64,000 nt of DNA, from the NCBI RefSeq assembly GCF_009914755.1, contig NC_060931.1, one strand, 5' to 3'. The translations under genes and the position numbers were made by a program. Shown here in pieces: positions 32,993 to 48,589 of this stretch. A model generated the notes under the pieces. It was not told the origin of the DNA and did no database searches. It worked only from the letters and a program-made list of their open reading frames with translations. Position 1 is the stretch's first letter; every line of letters begins with the position of its first letter. The stretch is from the human T2T-CHM13v2.0 reference genome, Homo sapiens.

Positions 32993-33331
32993 GTCAGCTT
33001 TCTTGGATTTGCTAAGTCACCTCCTGCACGTACTTTCCAGCTTCCAGTATGTTGTCGCCTCCTCTCCTATCTCGCTTCCTTGAGGATTTGTATTTTTAAA
33101 AATGTTTCTTTACTGTAGTTTTAGAGGGGCATGGAGGTGGAGTAATATTAGATACATGTGTTCAATTTTCTGTCTTTATCCAGAAATATGGGTTGGTTTT
33201 ATGATAGTCATTATTCATTTTTAAATCAATACCAGGTGATAATTTTACCATTGTTATGAATAAAAATGTTTATGTAGCTTGCATTCATTGATGCTTTGAT
33301 CATCTGCTTCTATATTTAAAACCAGATTATT

Positions 33332-33385
33332 CTCTTTCTCTTCCTCTCACTGCTGCACTTGACTAGTCTTAAAGAGAGAAAAAAA
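33332..33385 (+). pseudogene. 5'-truncated Y1 RNA (RNY1-like) retrocopy with A-rich tail
   Basis: ctctttctcttcctctcactgctgcacttgactagtctt matches the recalled 3' end of human Y1 RNA; followed by aaagagagaaaaaaa. Confidence 0.82.
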
Positions 33386-35119
33386 CCCAGAAAAACTGGA
33401 CGTCTCCAATTTAGATCTTGTTATAAATAATAGTTTGAGAATAATACATTTGTCTCCTAAAGGAATAATTATAACATCAATAGTGGTGGATAGAGATGAA
33501 ATGGGAGGTTGAGGAAGATGGAGGGTTTGTGATTGTGGTCCTCAGAACCCATAAGGATGTGGCCTGAATAACGTCGATTTTGATTCAAGAACCAGGAGAA
33601 CATCATTATATTGTAAATGTTCCCTTAAATGGAAATACATAGATTTTAATTCTTCAAAGACGGTGAAGTGTTTTTGGCAGCAAGTAATAGAAGTATAAAA
33701 GCAGTAGTTTAAAAAAGTTAAGGCTTTATTTTTCTTAAATAAATTTGCAGTAGAGTCCAGTGCTGATATGGCAGCTCTCTGGTGTGGCTAACAATCTCTC
33801 TACTCTAGTGTCTTGAATATATGGCTTTCATTCTAAGGATGCCTCATGATCACCAGTTGATTACTGCACCTCCAGCTATCACCTCTGTGTTCCAGGAAGG
33901 AGGAGGGTGTTAAGGGCAGGAGGCAAGTCTACTACTTGAGTCTACCTCAGCTTTGTAAGGAGCTTTCCTGGCAACCATACTCCAGCTTTTGTGTCTTACT
34001 GGCCTGAACTTACTTACTTAGTCATCCCTGTCCACAAGGAAGTCTGGGAAATGCTTTTTTCTGGGCCTGTTGCCATTTCCCATCATAGATCAGTGGTCTG
34101 TCAGTCACAAACTTGCAGTGTTGGTAAGAGCAACTCACAATGCCTGTCATAGTGGTGTCACTCAAAGGCATGAAGACAGTAGCAAGGGAGAGATTCAGCT
34201 GCTTTCACAACTCTGGCTGGATTTTACCTATGTGGAGAGTGTCACCCATGTTAGGGAGCCTCTGGCCAGGAGGAAGCTGTGGCAAGATGTGCTGCATCTC
34301 CTGCTTGGCATTGCCATCTTGCTGCCGTAAGTCTGTCTGTGGATAAAATACATTAGGAAATTGGGAAGTTAGATGAGGAGTTTGTGTGATCTTGCCCCAC
34401 AGCCATAACTCGGAGTTTAACACTTCACATAGAGATCATTTCCCCCTTCACTACAGTAGAATTGTAAGTATAGAAAATTTGGAAGATATCTATGGGACTT
34501 TTTATAGTCTTATCACATTAACATAGGTACTGTTGACATTTAGTATATTTTCATTTAATCTTTTTACCCATTTTTAAAATGATTTTACACCCAATATTAT
34601 ACTCCTCATTTCCTTACAGTTTTCATAACCCTTATTTTAACAGCTATATGATAATCTGTCTAGTAGGTATTTCCTGCTTAGCAGTTCCACTATTTTTAGT
34701 CATTTTCTTGGTTTTATAAGAAATAATGTAATCTTTGTGCATACAGTTTTTCCTGTATTTCGAGTCTTTTTTACTTAAAAAGAACTAGCAGTGTTTGATT
34801 ATGGAGTTCAGCAGTGTTAGTAATTTATTAGTCTCTGCACAGTGTGCCATTTCAGACTGCTGTCAGCACCGCGCAAGAGGCTTGCTTTCTTTGTACTCTT
34901 GTCAGCATTAATATTATTTTTGATCATTTAATGGATTAAAATTTGCCATATGCTTTACATTTGCATTTTTGATAACTTTGACCTTATACATTTTTCCACA
35001 TTAGTTAGTTGTATTTCCTCTTTTGCGAGCTGTCTGTTCATGCCCTGTGCTCTTTTACGTATCGTTGTTTTATTGCTTTTCTTGTTGCTGTGATTTCTAT
35101 GAACTTTGTTTTTACTTAA

Positions 35120-35510
35120 CTTTTTTTTATTCTAAAATACACATAACAGAATTTATCATTTGAACCATTTTTGAATGTGCAGCTTGGTGGCATTAGGCAC
35201 ATTCACAAACCATTGCCACCGTCTGTCTCCAGAAGCCTTTTCATCTTCCCAAACTAAAACTCTGTCCCCGTTGAACACGAATTCTCTTTACTCCTTTACC
35301 TGCCCCTGGAATGCCCATTTTACTTTCTGTCTCTATACATTTGATGACTCTAGGGCCCTCATATAAATGGAATCATATAGTATTTGTCCTTTTGTGACCA
35401 GCTTACTTCACTTAGCGTCTTCAAGCTTCATCCATGTTGAAGCATGTGCCAGGATTCCTTTCTTTTTAAGGCTGAATAATATTCCATTGTACATAGATAC
35501 CACATTCTGC
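35120..35510 (-). mobile_element. L1 3' end (L1MB-like)
   Basis: aaaatacacataacagaattt...ggcattaggcacattcaca...cctcatataaatggaatcatatagtatttgtcc. Confidence 0.8.
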
Positions 35511-36777
35511 TTATTCTCTGGAAGCTTTCATATAATTAAGATAGAAAGCTTCTTTTGTTGTTATATTTGCAGCAGGTTAGTTTTACTCAGTTAATTTTTT
35601 GCCTTTCTCTTTTGGTTATTTCATTTGGACATCCATAACTTTAAATTTGTATGTTGGTAAAACCCATTTTCCTTTGATGTTTGTATTTAATCTTCATCCA
35701 TCTGGGATTTATTTGTATCATCATTTCACACTGAACTTAGACCCAGAGAGAATGCAGGGAGCCAGGGTTAATCTGATTCTTGTTGGTGATGTCTTCCTAC
35801 AGGTCTGTTTTTGCTTCAGGTTAAATAGGCAGCTCTTTGCTGGGAGGCAAGAAACCTTCCCCAGCTCTACTCAGAAATCTTCATACCTTCTTAACCTTTC
35901 TCTCCTGATACTTCCCCACCTCTACTCAGTTTAAATATTTTGTTTATTTCAGTTATAATTATGCTTGGGTTCCTATTCAAGATGAGAAACATAGGTTTCT
36001 TTAGTTAATATGTTATTTCTTCTGGGATGAGATACAATATTGGCTATTATGGCTGTTTATTGAGTACTTCTATGTGCCCAGCCCCATTCTAAGTGTTTAC
36101 AAGTATTAACTCATTTTTTAATGCCACCAACAACCCTCTGAGATAGGTGATGTTATTAGGCCCACTTTTCAGATCGACAGGAGGTAGCTTAAGAGAGAGA
36201 TTGTACACACTACTATTGGAATCTGCATCTCTTACTCATGTGCTTTAAATGAAGGAAATCTAAAGTAGTAATCGCTAACATTTATACTTCTAACTGTGTT
36301 CTGGGCACTTCACTGCTATTAGCAGATTTAATCTCCTCAGCCCGAGTAGGCGCATTGAAATAAATACCATGTTGTGGAGTGCTTTTTAGGTTCCCTATTT
36401 GCAGCCTGTGTTTGAGTATGACTTCATTATTCTCCCTTCCACATTTTGAGATGGCTTCCTCTCTCCCATCCAGGAATTGATGGATTCTAATTACAGTGAC
36501 TAAAACTTACTTGGGGCAGTGTGTTTGAACTTTTCACCAGCTGCTGTGCCAGAGTTTAAAGTGCCAGGCTAGTTGGTAGGTAGATTTGCTTGCTTGTTGT
36601 TTGAAGAAGTGATGCACACACAGTGCAGAACTGAAAAGGTGCTGGAAGATTTCTAGGGAGCGTGCCCCCCTCGCCTCTTTCCTGCCTAGAGGAAGCCGCC
36701 CTTACCCGTTCTTAGCCAGCTGATTGTTCATGTTCCAGGGGTGATTGTGTGTAGGCATATGGGTTAGCACACACTTG

Positions 36778-37093
36778 TTTTTGTTTTTTCTTTTTTTTTG
36801 TTGTTTTTTTTTGAGACGGAGTCTTGCTCTGTAGCCCAGGCTGGAGTGCAGTGGCACGATCTCAGCTCACCGCAACCTCCGCCTCCCGGGTTCAAGCAAT
36901 TCCCCTGCCTCAAGCCTCCTGAGTAGCTAGGACTACAGGTATGTGCCACCACGCCTGGCTAATTTTTGTATATTTAGTAGAGACGGGGTTTCACTGTGTT
37001 GGTCAGGCTGGTCTCAAACTCCTGACCTCATGATCCGCCCACCTCAGCCTCCTAAAGTGTTGGGATTATAGGTGTGAGCCACTGCGCCCAGCT
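36778..37093 (-). mobile_element. Alu (AluS-type)
   Basis: Antisense dimer; TSD tagcacaca. Confidence 0.95.
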
Positions 37094-37361
37094 AGCACAC
37101 AGTTTTATTTTACACAAATGGTAACACAATATGCATACTGTTGCACACCTTGGATTTTTGAATTAAACTTTTTTTTTGGTTTAAATTGTAAAAAAAACCC
37201 TAATACTATTTGTACCCTATTAGCCATTTTTAACTGTACAATTTTGTAATGTTAACTATATTCACACTGTTGTGTAAGAGATTCTAGAACTTTTCCATCT
37301 TGCAAAACTGAAACTCCGTACTCATTGAACGAGTCCCCATTATTTCCCCTCTCCCTCCACC

Positions 37362-37842
<481 letters not shown>

Positions 37843-37872
37843 ACCACACCTTGTTTTTTAAAAATAGTTTTT

Positions 37873-38172
37873 GGCCTGGCATGGTGGCTCACGCCTTGTA
37901 ATCCCAGCCTTTGGGAGGCCGAAGTGGTGGATCACTTGAGGTCAGGAGTTCGAGACCAGCCTGGCCAACATCGTGAAACCCTGTCTCTACTAAAAACACA
38001 AAACTTAACTGAGCGTGATGGCATGTGCCTGTAATCCCAGCTACTCTGGAGGCAGAGGCAGGAGAATTGCTTGAATTCTGGGAGGTGGAGTCTCCCAGAG
38101 ATCCGAGATTGGGCTACTGCACTTGAGCCTGGTTGACAGAGTGAGACGCTGTCTCAAAAAAAAAAAAAAAAA
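37873..38172 (+). mobile_element. Alu (AluS-type)
   Basis: Dimer with A tail. Confidence 0.93.
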
Positions 38173-39232
38173 AGTTTTCATTACAAATTGTTGAAGCAGA
38201 AGGATATTTAAAAATGTATACGGAATGGAGACACCTCTTTTTCACTTAACAATTCATCATAGAGATTGTTTCTTCATAGAGTTCATTTTTTTAAATTGTT
38301 CCAAAGTGTTTAGTGATGGGTATTTAGGTTGTTTCTGATCTTCTGATACAGACAATGTTGACTTTTTACCTTTCCAAGCTACTTTGTTTTAGTTGGGTCT
38401 CTTAACCTCAGAATGTAATTTGATTTTGTTTTTGTTTTTAACTGAGAGACTTTTAGTAGTTGAATTTCCCATTTGTATTTGCTGATAATTTTAGTAATAG
38501 CAACTCACTTCCATTGAACACATCTGTGTATCCAGTACTGCTCTAAGCACATTATTTAGACTGCCTTTAATCTTTCCAACTCTCTGAGTGGGGTACTAAT
38601 TACCTGCACTTTACCCATGAGGAGACTCAGGGAGAGAGGAAATAGCTTACCAAGCCTAGTAAAGTGGAAGGCTGGGATTTGATCCCAGTCAGTTTGACTT
38701 CACATCTCTTAATCGGACTGGTATGGCATGCTACTGTGTGACAGATACGTTTGGTCTTAATTTAACTATTTTTTAAAAATGTTATGCTTCATGTTTTTAA
38801 TGTATTTTATTTATGTATTAGTATTTTTTAACTGAAGACTTGTTTTTCTCTTTGCTTTTTATTGGGTGTGTGTTCTTGGTAATAATTAAAAGGACTCATG
38901 TTTGCATATTTTAGTATAATTTGATATATTTACCCTGTATTTGTTTAGGGGTAACTATCTCCTTCCTGCTGTAATCAGTGACCAGGTTGGTATTGCCACA
39001 TGTTCTTGCCTCCCCTTCCTTCTCTCCACCACCTGCTTTTGATTAATGATGTCACTAAACTTATTCCAGTGTTAACATTTATAACTTTATGTTTACTAAT
39101 GCCTCTGATACTTTATCAGTTTTAAATAATATCTTTTGATTTCACTGTAAGAGGCAAGTGTCTTTACACTCTCTCCTTCTTTCCTTGTGCACTGCTCAAC
39201 TTGATATCATTTTTTTCCATTAAAATTTATAA

Positions 39233-39662
<430 letters not shown>

Positions 39663-40064
39663 TAAAGTTTATCCTCTAATAGTTCATGAACCCATACATT
39701 TTGGCTCATGGGAATGAAATTTTCCAAGTTCTTGTATGTTTAAGGATATATATTTTTTCTCCTTAGTATTTTATTTTATTGTTTTTTTTTAAATTGACAC
39801 ATAATGTGCATATTTATGGGGTACAGAGTGAAGTTTTGATACATATAATGTGTGGTTATCAGATCAGGGTAATTAGCATATCCATCATCTCAAATATTAG
39901 ATATTTTGATTTTGTAACATACTTGATTGACACTGTGGCCAGATATAGAATTCTTGGGTCGTACCTTCTTCCCTTGAAGACTCTAAGTGTGGCCCTATGT
40001 GTCCTAGTGTTAAATGTAGCCGTGTTGAAGGCTGAGGCTGATTGTACTTTCCCTGTCGTAGGGG

Positions 40065-40490
40065 TGTATTAGTCTACTCGGCTGCTATAATTTTGTTTAT
40101 ACCACAGGTTGGGTGGCTTAAACAGCAGACAGTTCGTTGTTTTTCACAGTTCTGGAGGTTAGAAGTCCAAGGTCGAGGTGCCGTCGGGGTTGGCTCCTGG
40201 CGCAGCCCTCTTCCTGGCTTGTATGTGGTCACCTTTCCTGCTGGGTCCTCACATGCCTTTCCCCTGTGTGAGCGTAGAGTGGGGAGAGAATAGGAGAGAG
40301 AGACTGATTTCTGGTGTCTCTTCCTTTTCTTAGAAGACCTTCCTCCAGTCCTGTCAAATTAGGGCCCCACCCCTATGACCTCAGGTAACCGTGATGACCT
40401 CTTGAAAGGCCCTATTTCCAATTATAGTACACTGGGAGTTAGGGCTTTAATGTATGAACTGGAGGTAGGGGGAGCACAGTTCATTCATAA
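40065..40490. mobile_element. MaLR solo LTR (MLT1/MST-type)
   Basis: tgtattagtc...gctgctataa...tcacagttctggaggttagaagtccaagg...attagggccccaccctatgacctc. Confidence 0.85.
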
Positions 40491-40787
40491 TAAAGGGTAA
40501 TGTATACGTTTTGCCCAAAGGTCCAGAGACTTTTTATTTTTTCAGTTTTAAATACGAGATATAGACCCATATTTGTTGACAAGGAAAAATGTTCATAGTA
40601 TATTGTTGAATGAGAAAAATCAAGTTTATTTATTCTTTTTCTGTTTCTGTTGTCTGTCATTTTGTCCTGTTTGATGACGGCTATTGTTTTAAAATAGATA
40701 CTTGGATTCTTGGAAATGTCTTTGGAAATTCTTGGCAATTTTTATCTGCTTTGTTTCAATATTTTTCCAGATTTTTTTTTTTCGGTC

Positions 40788-41069
40788 TTTTGGAGACAGG
40801 ATCTTGCTCTGTCACCCAGGTTGGAGTGCAGTGGCACAATCTTGGTTCATGTAGCCTTCACCTCCGAGGCTCAAGTGGTCCTACCTCAGCCCCCGAGTAG
40901 CTGGGATCACAGGCATGTGCCACCACACTTGGCTGACTTTTAAATTTTTTCATAGAGGTGGGGTCTCCCAATATTGCCCAGGCTGGTCTCAAACTCCTGG
41001 ACTCAAGTGATCCTCCCTCCTCAGCCTCCTAAAGTGCTAGGATGATGGGCGTGAGCTACCACGCCTGCC
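40788..41069 (-). mobile_element. Alu (AluJ-type)
   Basis: Antisense dimer. Confidence 0.9.
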
Positions 41070-41791
41070 CCTGGATATGTGTTTTTGTCTGCCATTTGTT
41101 TTTCCTCTTTTCTCTGTCCCTTTTCTTTCTCTTTGAGTGTTTTTATATCACTGTTGGCTGGCTTCTTTGTGCCCCTTACTCGTCTCTGAATGAGCAGAGT
41201 TCTTCTGGACTAATGGCGTGTGGGTAGGCTGGGGAGGTCCTGGGCAGCGTCTGGGGGAAGCTGTGATCTGCCCTGGACTCTTCCCTTGCCGCTGGACTGT
41301 AAGGGTGCTTGGCCTAACCCTGCCTGCTCTGCCACCCTGTGGCTCCTCACACCGGCCTGTCCTGAGCAAGGGCTTGCTGCTGCTCCTCTGGCTCTCCTTT
41401 GCTGAGACCTGAAGTCACCGGTTCGCCTTTGATGTCCTCACTCGTCTTGGTTGTGTTTTCATAGCCCTTGGCAACTTGCTTCTGGGATATTCAGTTTCAG
41501 GGTGTTTAGGTGTTACGTTATTGAAGATAAGAGTTTCTTTTTCTGTAACTTGTTCTAATTTGGGTGGGTAATAAGAACAGAGGCCTTCAGAGAAGTATTT
41601 ACTCTGACGTCTTAAAGCTTTTAAGGCCCACGGCCAGATTTCTTTAATACACTTTGGGCATCCTCTGTCTGTAAAATTAGGGAATTGTATAATGTCCTCG
41701 CTAACATACTTTCAGGTTAACCTGTTTATGGTTCTGATGTATTTACATGAAATTTGGGTAAACACTAAATATAGTGAATGTTTTCTTACAG

Positions 41792-41887
41792 ACAGAACCT
41801 CCACTCAATACACCAGAAAACAGAGAGTATCTTGCAGAAATTATGTTTGAATCATTTAACGTACCAGGACTCTACATTGCAGTTCAG
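41792..41887 (+). CDS. ACTR3B: ACTR3B coding exon 5 (96 nt): [32 protein letters not shown]
   Basis: ttacag|ACA GAA CCT ... GTT CAG|gtaaaa; inside ORF 41774..42055; TEPPLN actin signature. Confidence 0.97.
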
Positions 41888-42697
41888 GTAAAACCAGTTA
41901 CGTTTGTGATTCCTAAAGCACCTGAGCTGTCTAGTAGCGGAAGAAATGGTATTTCCCAAGGTTCTCCGCTGGAAGACTGCGCTGTGTGCCCTTCCTTTTT
42001 CCACTCCCTCCCCCGTCCCCATGCCATTCAGGACTATAGGGAACGTGTCCCATGACTTTTCTTTTTATTTTGATGCCATTTTTTGGTATAGACGTCGTCT
42101 GGCTCTTTTTACGTGCATTAAAGTCTAATGCATTTTTATCTGGGTGACAAGATATAGGTGTAGATGTGCTTCTTCTTTTGGCATCTTTGACTTTGATCAG
42201 AAAAACAAAATAATTACCTTTAGAGGTTTCCCCTTTCCGATTTTGGGCTCTTATGAGTCCCAGTGTACTTGATTCTGAGGGACCCTGTGTTTTCATGAGC
42301 TCGCAGAACTTGTTCTGAAGCTGCGGTTCTTGGTGTGATATTTTTTGGTTGCATTTGGTCATTATTTGCCTGCCACCTTATGTAAGGGAATTGACTGAAA
42401 TTTTGGGGAATAAATGAGATGGGTGTTGCCCAAATGTTTTCTGCATAATACTAGTCACTTCTAAGGAGGAGGAGGAGGAGGAGGAAAAGTTCCATAGAAA
42501 GATGAATTTGGGCGATGCTGCATCCTGCAGCTTTCTCGGGCTGATTCACAGCGCCTATCAGCACAGTCCAGGCTCTGAGGATTCCTGTGTCGAAATCTAT
42601 GTATTCTAGCACTTCCAAATTTATTTAACTACAGATCTTCCCCCGGCTAAGTTACTTATATTCCATGGCCTAGGGAAACACTTCAGGAGACATAAGA

Positions 42698-43100
42698 CTG
42701 GTGGTTCTCAAAGTGGTCTGTGCAGCAAGTTTACCTGGAGAATGTTTTTTAGAAGCACAGATTTTGGGCTTCGTCTTCGACCAGGATTTTCCACCCTCAG
42801 TGCTTTGGGCTGGGTAGTCCTTTGTTGTGGGCGCCGCCGTGTGCATTGCAGGGAGCGTAGCAGCATCCCTGGCCTCTGCCCACTGGAAGACAGCAGCCCC
42901 ACCTCAAGCCTCCCCGCCCCGACGAAGAAAATGGTACCAGATATTGTCAGATGTTCCCTTTGGGGCAACATTTTCTTTGGTTGAAAAATTACCCTGTACC
43001 TTCCAGATTAGAATTTCTGGGTGTGAGGCCTAGTAATCTGTATTTTAAACAACTCCACAAGTGACCTCATTGCCAATCTGTGGCCCCACGCCGGAAACCA
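42698..43100. mobile_element. MER5A-like element split by a nested MER20
   Basis: gtggttctcaaagt...cagattttgggc on the left; agaatttctgggtgtgaggcctagtaatctgtattttaaacaa on the right. Confidence 0.7.
42781..42993. mobile_element. MER20 hAT DNA transposon
   Basis: ctttgttgtggg...gtgcattgcaggg...agcagcatccctggcctctgcccact...attgtcagatgttccc...ggttgaaaa. Confidence 0.8.
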
Positions 43101-43175
43101 ATGAATTAGAAATTAAAATCTTATGATTCTATAATGAAATATCTTTTTCACTGGCTTTTCTTTGTAAAACTTTAG

Positions 43176-43585
<410 letters not shown>

Positions 43586-43722
43586 TAGAGGATGGATAGG
43601 AAAAGGAAAGAGTTACTCAGACATATTAAGTAAGAGAGTTTGTTGATTGGACCTGGAAGGAGCAGGCAGGTGGCTTTAGAAAGAGTTCCTATGTGCGAGC
43701 GGTTTTCATGTCTTTTCTCCAG

Positions 43723-43830
43723 GCAGTGCTGGCCTTGGCGGCATCTTGGACATCTCGACAAGTGGGTGAACGTACGTTAACGGGGATAGTCATTGACAGC
43801 GGAGATGGAGTCACCCATGTTATCCCAGTG
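43723..43830 (+). CDS. ACTR3B: ACTR3B coding exon 6 (108 nt): [36 protein letters not shown]
   Basis: ctccag|GCA GTG ... CCA GTG|gtaagc; DSGDGVTH phosphate-2 loop. Confidence 0.97.
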
Positions 43831-44344
43831 GTAAGCAGAATAGTTAATATATAAGTCTCTGTAGGCTTAACACCTGATTCGAGGTAAGGATGGAAATAAA
43901 AAAAAAAAAAACCTCTTCTGTAATGAAAATACAATTTAGATGATAGTTGTACTTAGAAAGATAATAAAAGTTTTTTATTTTTTGCCACCTTATATAAAGG
44001 AATTCCCCAAGTATGTGGGAAAGAATGAAAAGGATGGCCAATTATTGTGGCTTTGGCAATTTTCAATTCATGGTGGCATATTTTTACAGTCAGAATGTCA
44101 GAGAATGTCCAGGATGTCTCTGGATCTTCAGAGCCTCTGCTTGATCCCCATGGGTGTAACATCAACAAGAACATTTTCCGGGGTTATTCCGACATGTTGG
44201 GAGATAGACACCGTTTTGGATGTTGAATTTGTAGGTGCAGTGCGTGGCCATTTGAAGGAGCACATCTGTGTTCTCTGAAAAGATGTGAATGGCAACCAGC
44301 TCAAGCTTGGAAAAATTGCTTTTTGTTTTAAAAATTTATTTAAG

Positions 44345-44705
<361 letters not shown>

Positions 44706-45641
44706 TCAGAGAAGTGATTCCTAATTTGGGTTTCAAGAGATCTCTGAATTTTTCTTTTGGTCCAATGGACTATTTAAAGGAATTATCTTAAATTCATTTT
44801 TTTTGGAAAATGTATCGGAAGTGTCTGAAGAGGGTATTCAGAGGGAAGTCAGACTCATCCTGGTCTTTCTCCTTTGAGGTCTCCTCCTCAGGAACCACCA
44901 TTGCTAGTTACTTCTGTTATGTTACAGATAATGTTTCTGCATATGTATATGGGGGGGTGTGTATGTGTATATATTTACATACACACAGCTCTTTTAAAAT
45001 GCAAATTAGGATTTTCAAAAATCATTTAATTTAATTGAAAAAATGGTCACCATTTCATTTTGAGAAGGTGATGGGGTGACGTACTAATACCAATGCCTTT
45101 AATTCCTTGAAGGTTAGGTATCACTGCAGAGGAAAGGCTTAATGGTCGATGGGCCTACAGTCAGGGAGAAAAAAGCCAGCCTCCCGCCCCCATACCTTGT
45201 ACTCCTGGCTACGTGTCCTTCCTGTGGGGAGGAGAGGTGGCTGCCCTGCCCTGTGAAGTGTGCTCTAGACTTGAGCCCCCTTCAAGCCAGTCTCAGCACT
45301 CCTTTCTGTGGATCTTGAGAAGAGTTAGTGCCCTGGGTGCAGAGCACTCACGGAGAACTCAGGCTTCCGTTTCCTCAGAGAGCTGTGCTGCTGAGATCCA
45401 AGATGAGGCCCCCGTAGGCCCCTGGCCTGCACCCCCTTTGGTTCTTTGCCTATTTCTTATGTCTGATTTAGGAAAAGGAAAGAAAATACATTTCACAGTG
45501 TGTCCAGGCCCACTAAGAAAGTTGTTTGAAAAGATTTTTAATCGTATCTTAGTTCAGTTTTTCCTCCAGCTGTAAAAATTACATTAGTCATTGAAAATTT
45601 GGATAAAATAGACAAATTTGAAGAAATAAAATTACCTTTAA

Positions 45642-45989
<348 letters not shown>

Positions 45990-47539
45990 TAAGCTCTTTT
46001 TCTAAGACACGTGTGCTCACGCATGCGTGCACACACACACACTTTAAACACAATTGGAATGTCTCATGTCTGGTTTGGGATTCTACATATAATACAATCC
46101 TAAGGTTATATTTTGCATATTAATTTAACCCTAGTTTTTTTCTCTTGTGGTTAAATATTCTGTGAAAATACATTTAAGAAGTACATAATTTATTTTTCTG
46201 TTGTTGGACATGTATCTTGTTTTAATATTTTTACCACTGTCATGAGCTGATATTTATTTAACAGTATTTTAGAAAATGTTACGTGTAATGCATAGAATAT
46301 AATAATTGTGAATAGTTTATGTATTAGAAAGCTAATATTATTTTTATGGGTTTAAGTTGAGTTTTAGTAATTTATACTTTTATCTCCATCTTAAAATACC
46401 TTACAAATACTTGGACTCTGCAGAAAGGCTACTTTTTTTGCTTCTAGAAGTTACGTATATCAGAAAGAAACCATAGGAGGAATTCAGTAAGTTGTTCTTG
46501 CAACTTTACTGGTGACTAGATGCAGCTATTAGAATGAATACATCTGTAAAATGAAGTCAGCGTTTCACTTCTGTTCCCTTCTGTCTCACTTGGGGACTGT
46601 GGCACAGAAGCTGTGATGTGCTGTAACGTGAAACCTGAGTGTCTTTACCGGATGATCCAGCGGTGGGCGTTGTCCACTCTGACGGTCAGCATCCTGCTCA
46701 TCCCCTGGAGAACAAGCTGGATGTGTGTCCAAGCCTGTGGCTCCTGTGGCAGGTCTGTGCCCACAGGAAGGCTGATGAGGGAGCTTTGGGCCCATCATTG
46801 CTGTGGGCATGTGGACACTTGACACTGGCCCTGCCATTGATCGGCCCAGGGCGTGGTCACCCTCCTTTCCTGGCCCCTCACAGACATGCCTTCACTGGCT
46901 TAGGGAGGCAGTGGAATGAGAGGCTCCCAGCCCCCAAAACCAGTGCTGTGTGCTCGACACACGCAGTTTCATCTGAACTGTATCATTGGCCCCAGCAGGG
47001 TATTGTTTGCCTCATACGATGGACAAACGCGCTGAGGCTGAAGCATGTGAAACTTGCAAATGTGGAGCTGGGATTTGAGTCCAGGTTGTTAGAATCTAAG
47101 CCCTGTGTATTAACCAAATTGCTGACTTTTAAACGTAAGTAGATTTATAGTTGGCTTAACAATTTATAAATAAAACTTTTTCCTTTTTATCAGGGAAAGA
47201 ACCTATTGGGTTTAGTGTTCTTACAGACAGCATTTCTTTTTGGAAATGAACTATCTTATGTGGTTTTTCTTTTCATATTCCTAATGAAATCATTTTGGTT
47301 GCTTTTAGAGAGTGTCAGGTTATTGGAATAATCTGGAATTTTGAATATTAATGGAATTGCATATGCAGTCATTTTGAAAGACCTTCTGTACTGAGCTTGC
47401 AGAGGGTGGGGATTATGTAAATGCTTGTCAGTGCCATGAGGGGCAGACAGGGAGGCTGAGGCAGGAAACCTTGTGAGTCCAGGCTGCTCTCCACCACGAA
47501 ATCACTAACACAGCTGTTCTGCCTCCTCTTCTTCCCTAG

Positions 47540-47683
47540 GCAGAAGGTTATGTAATTGGAAGCTGCATCAAACACATCCCGATTGCAGGTAGAGATATTA
47601 CGTATTTCATTCAACAGCTGCTAAGGGAGAGGGAGGTGGGAATCCCTCCTGAGCAGTCACTGGAGACCGCAAAAGCCATTAAG
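47540..47683 (+). CDS. ACTR3B: ACTR3B coding exon 7 (144 nt): [48 protein letters not shown]
   Basis: ccctag|GCA GAA ... ATT AAG|gtaaaa; IAGRDIT motif. Confidence 0.97.
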
Positions 47684-48589
47684 GTAAAAACAGATGGGAA
47701 ACCGGCCGGTTTGGGGGTGAGAGAGATGGTGTTCTGGACACTTCCCCTTGGTGCCATCATCCCTGCTCCTCCTTTCCTTCCTCTCCCCTTCCCATGAATG
47801 TGGGGCTTGATTTGTTTTACCCCTTAAGTGGGCTGAAGATGTAAAGCTTAACCTCTTCCAAACTAGATGCTTTGAGGTTCCAGCTGTCACTGAGAACAGC
47901 TTGGTAGCTGGTGCAGCGTACCAGCGTGCAGAGGCAGCATTGTTCAGCTGGAGCCTCACTGCTGGAGCCTCATCTACCAGAGGGCTCCTTCCATACTGCC
48001 TCCATGCTTCGCTGTAGAATCAGGAGGCGACCACAGCAGCAGAACACTGCCACCCTAGGATCCAGAGCTATTGCACAAAATTCACACACAGGTGTGGCTG
48101 TGACGTGTGGCCATAAGCATCTTCTTCCTTTATGGCACAGTTTCTGAGTGTAGCAGAGCTTGATGGGGGTGAGCCCAACACCCACACTTCTCCTCACTGC
48201 CTTCCTCCCTTCTCAGCACCTCGTAACTGAGGCTGGCTGAAGGAAAGGAAGCACCAGAGATGATTCCCGAGGTGTTTTTAGGTCAGGAGGCACTGGCATG
48301 AGGCAGGCTCTGCAGTTGGGTATGACCTGCCCTGCTTTACCTGGGACCAGAGATTCCTGGGAAGGGGGCTCTCAGCGCTGAAATGGTGATGTGGGGAAGA
48401 CGTGGTCCCTTCCATCTCAGGGGAAGGTTTCCTGAGGTATCATTAGATATTCTTTTTTAGACTAAAATATTTCCTAAGGGGTCACCTTCTCCTTTCTTTG
48501 CCTTTCCTCCATGGAAGAATATTTGACTATTTGATCCAAGCTCCCTTGCCACTCCAAATCTGTTAGAAATGTAAGTCAGAATTGAGCCC

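Noticed and set aside
46639-47142. 167-aa intronic ORF
   Set aside because: Non-ATG start, runs into a MIR, no recognisable domain
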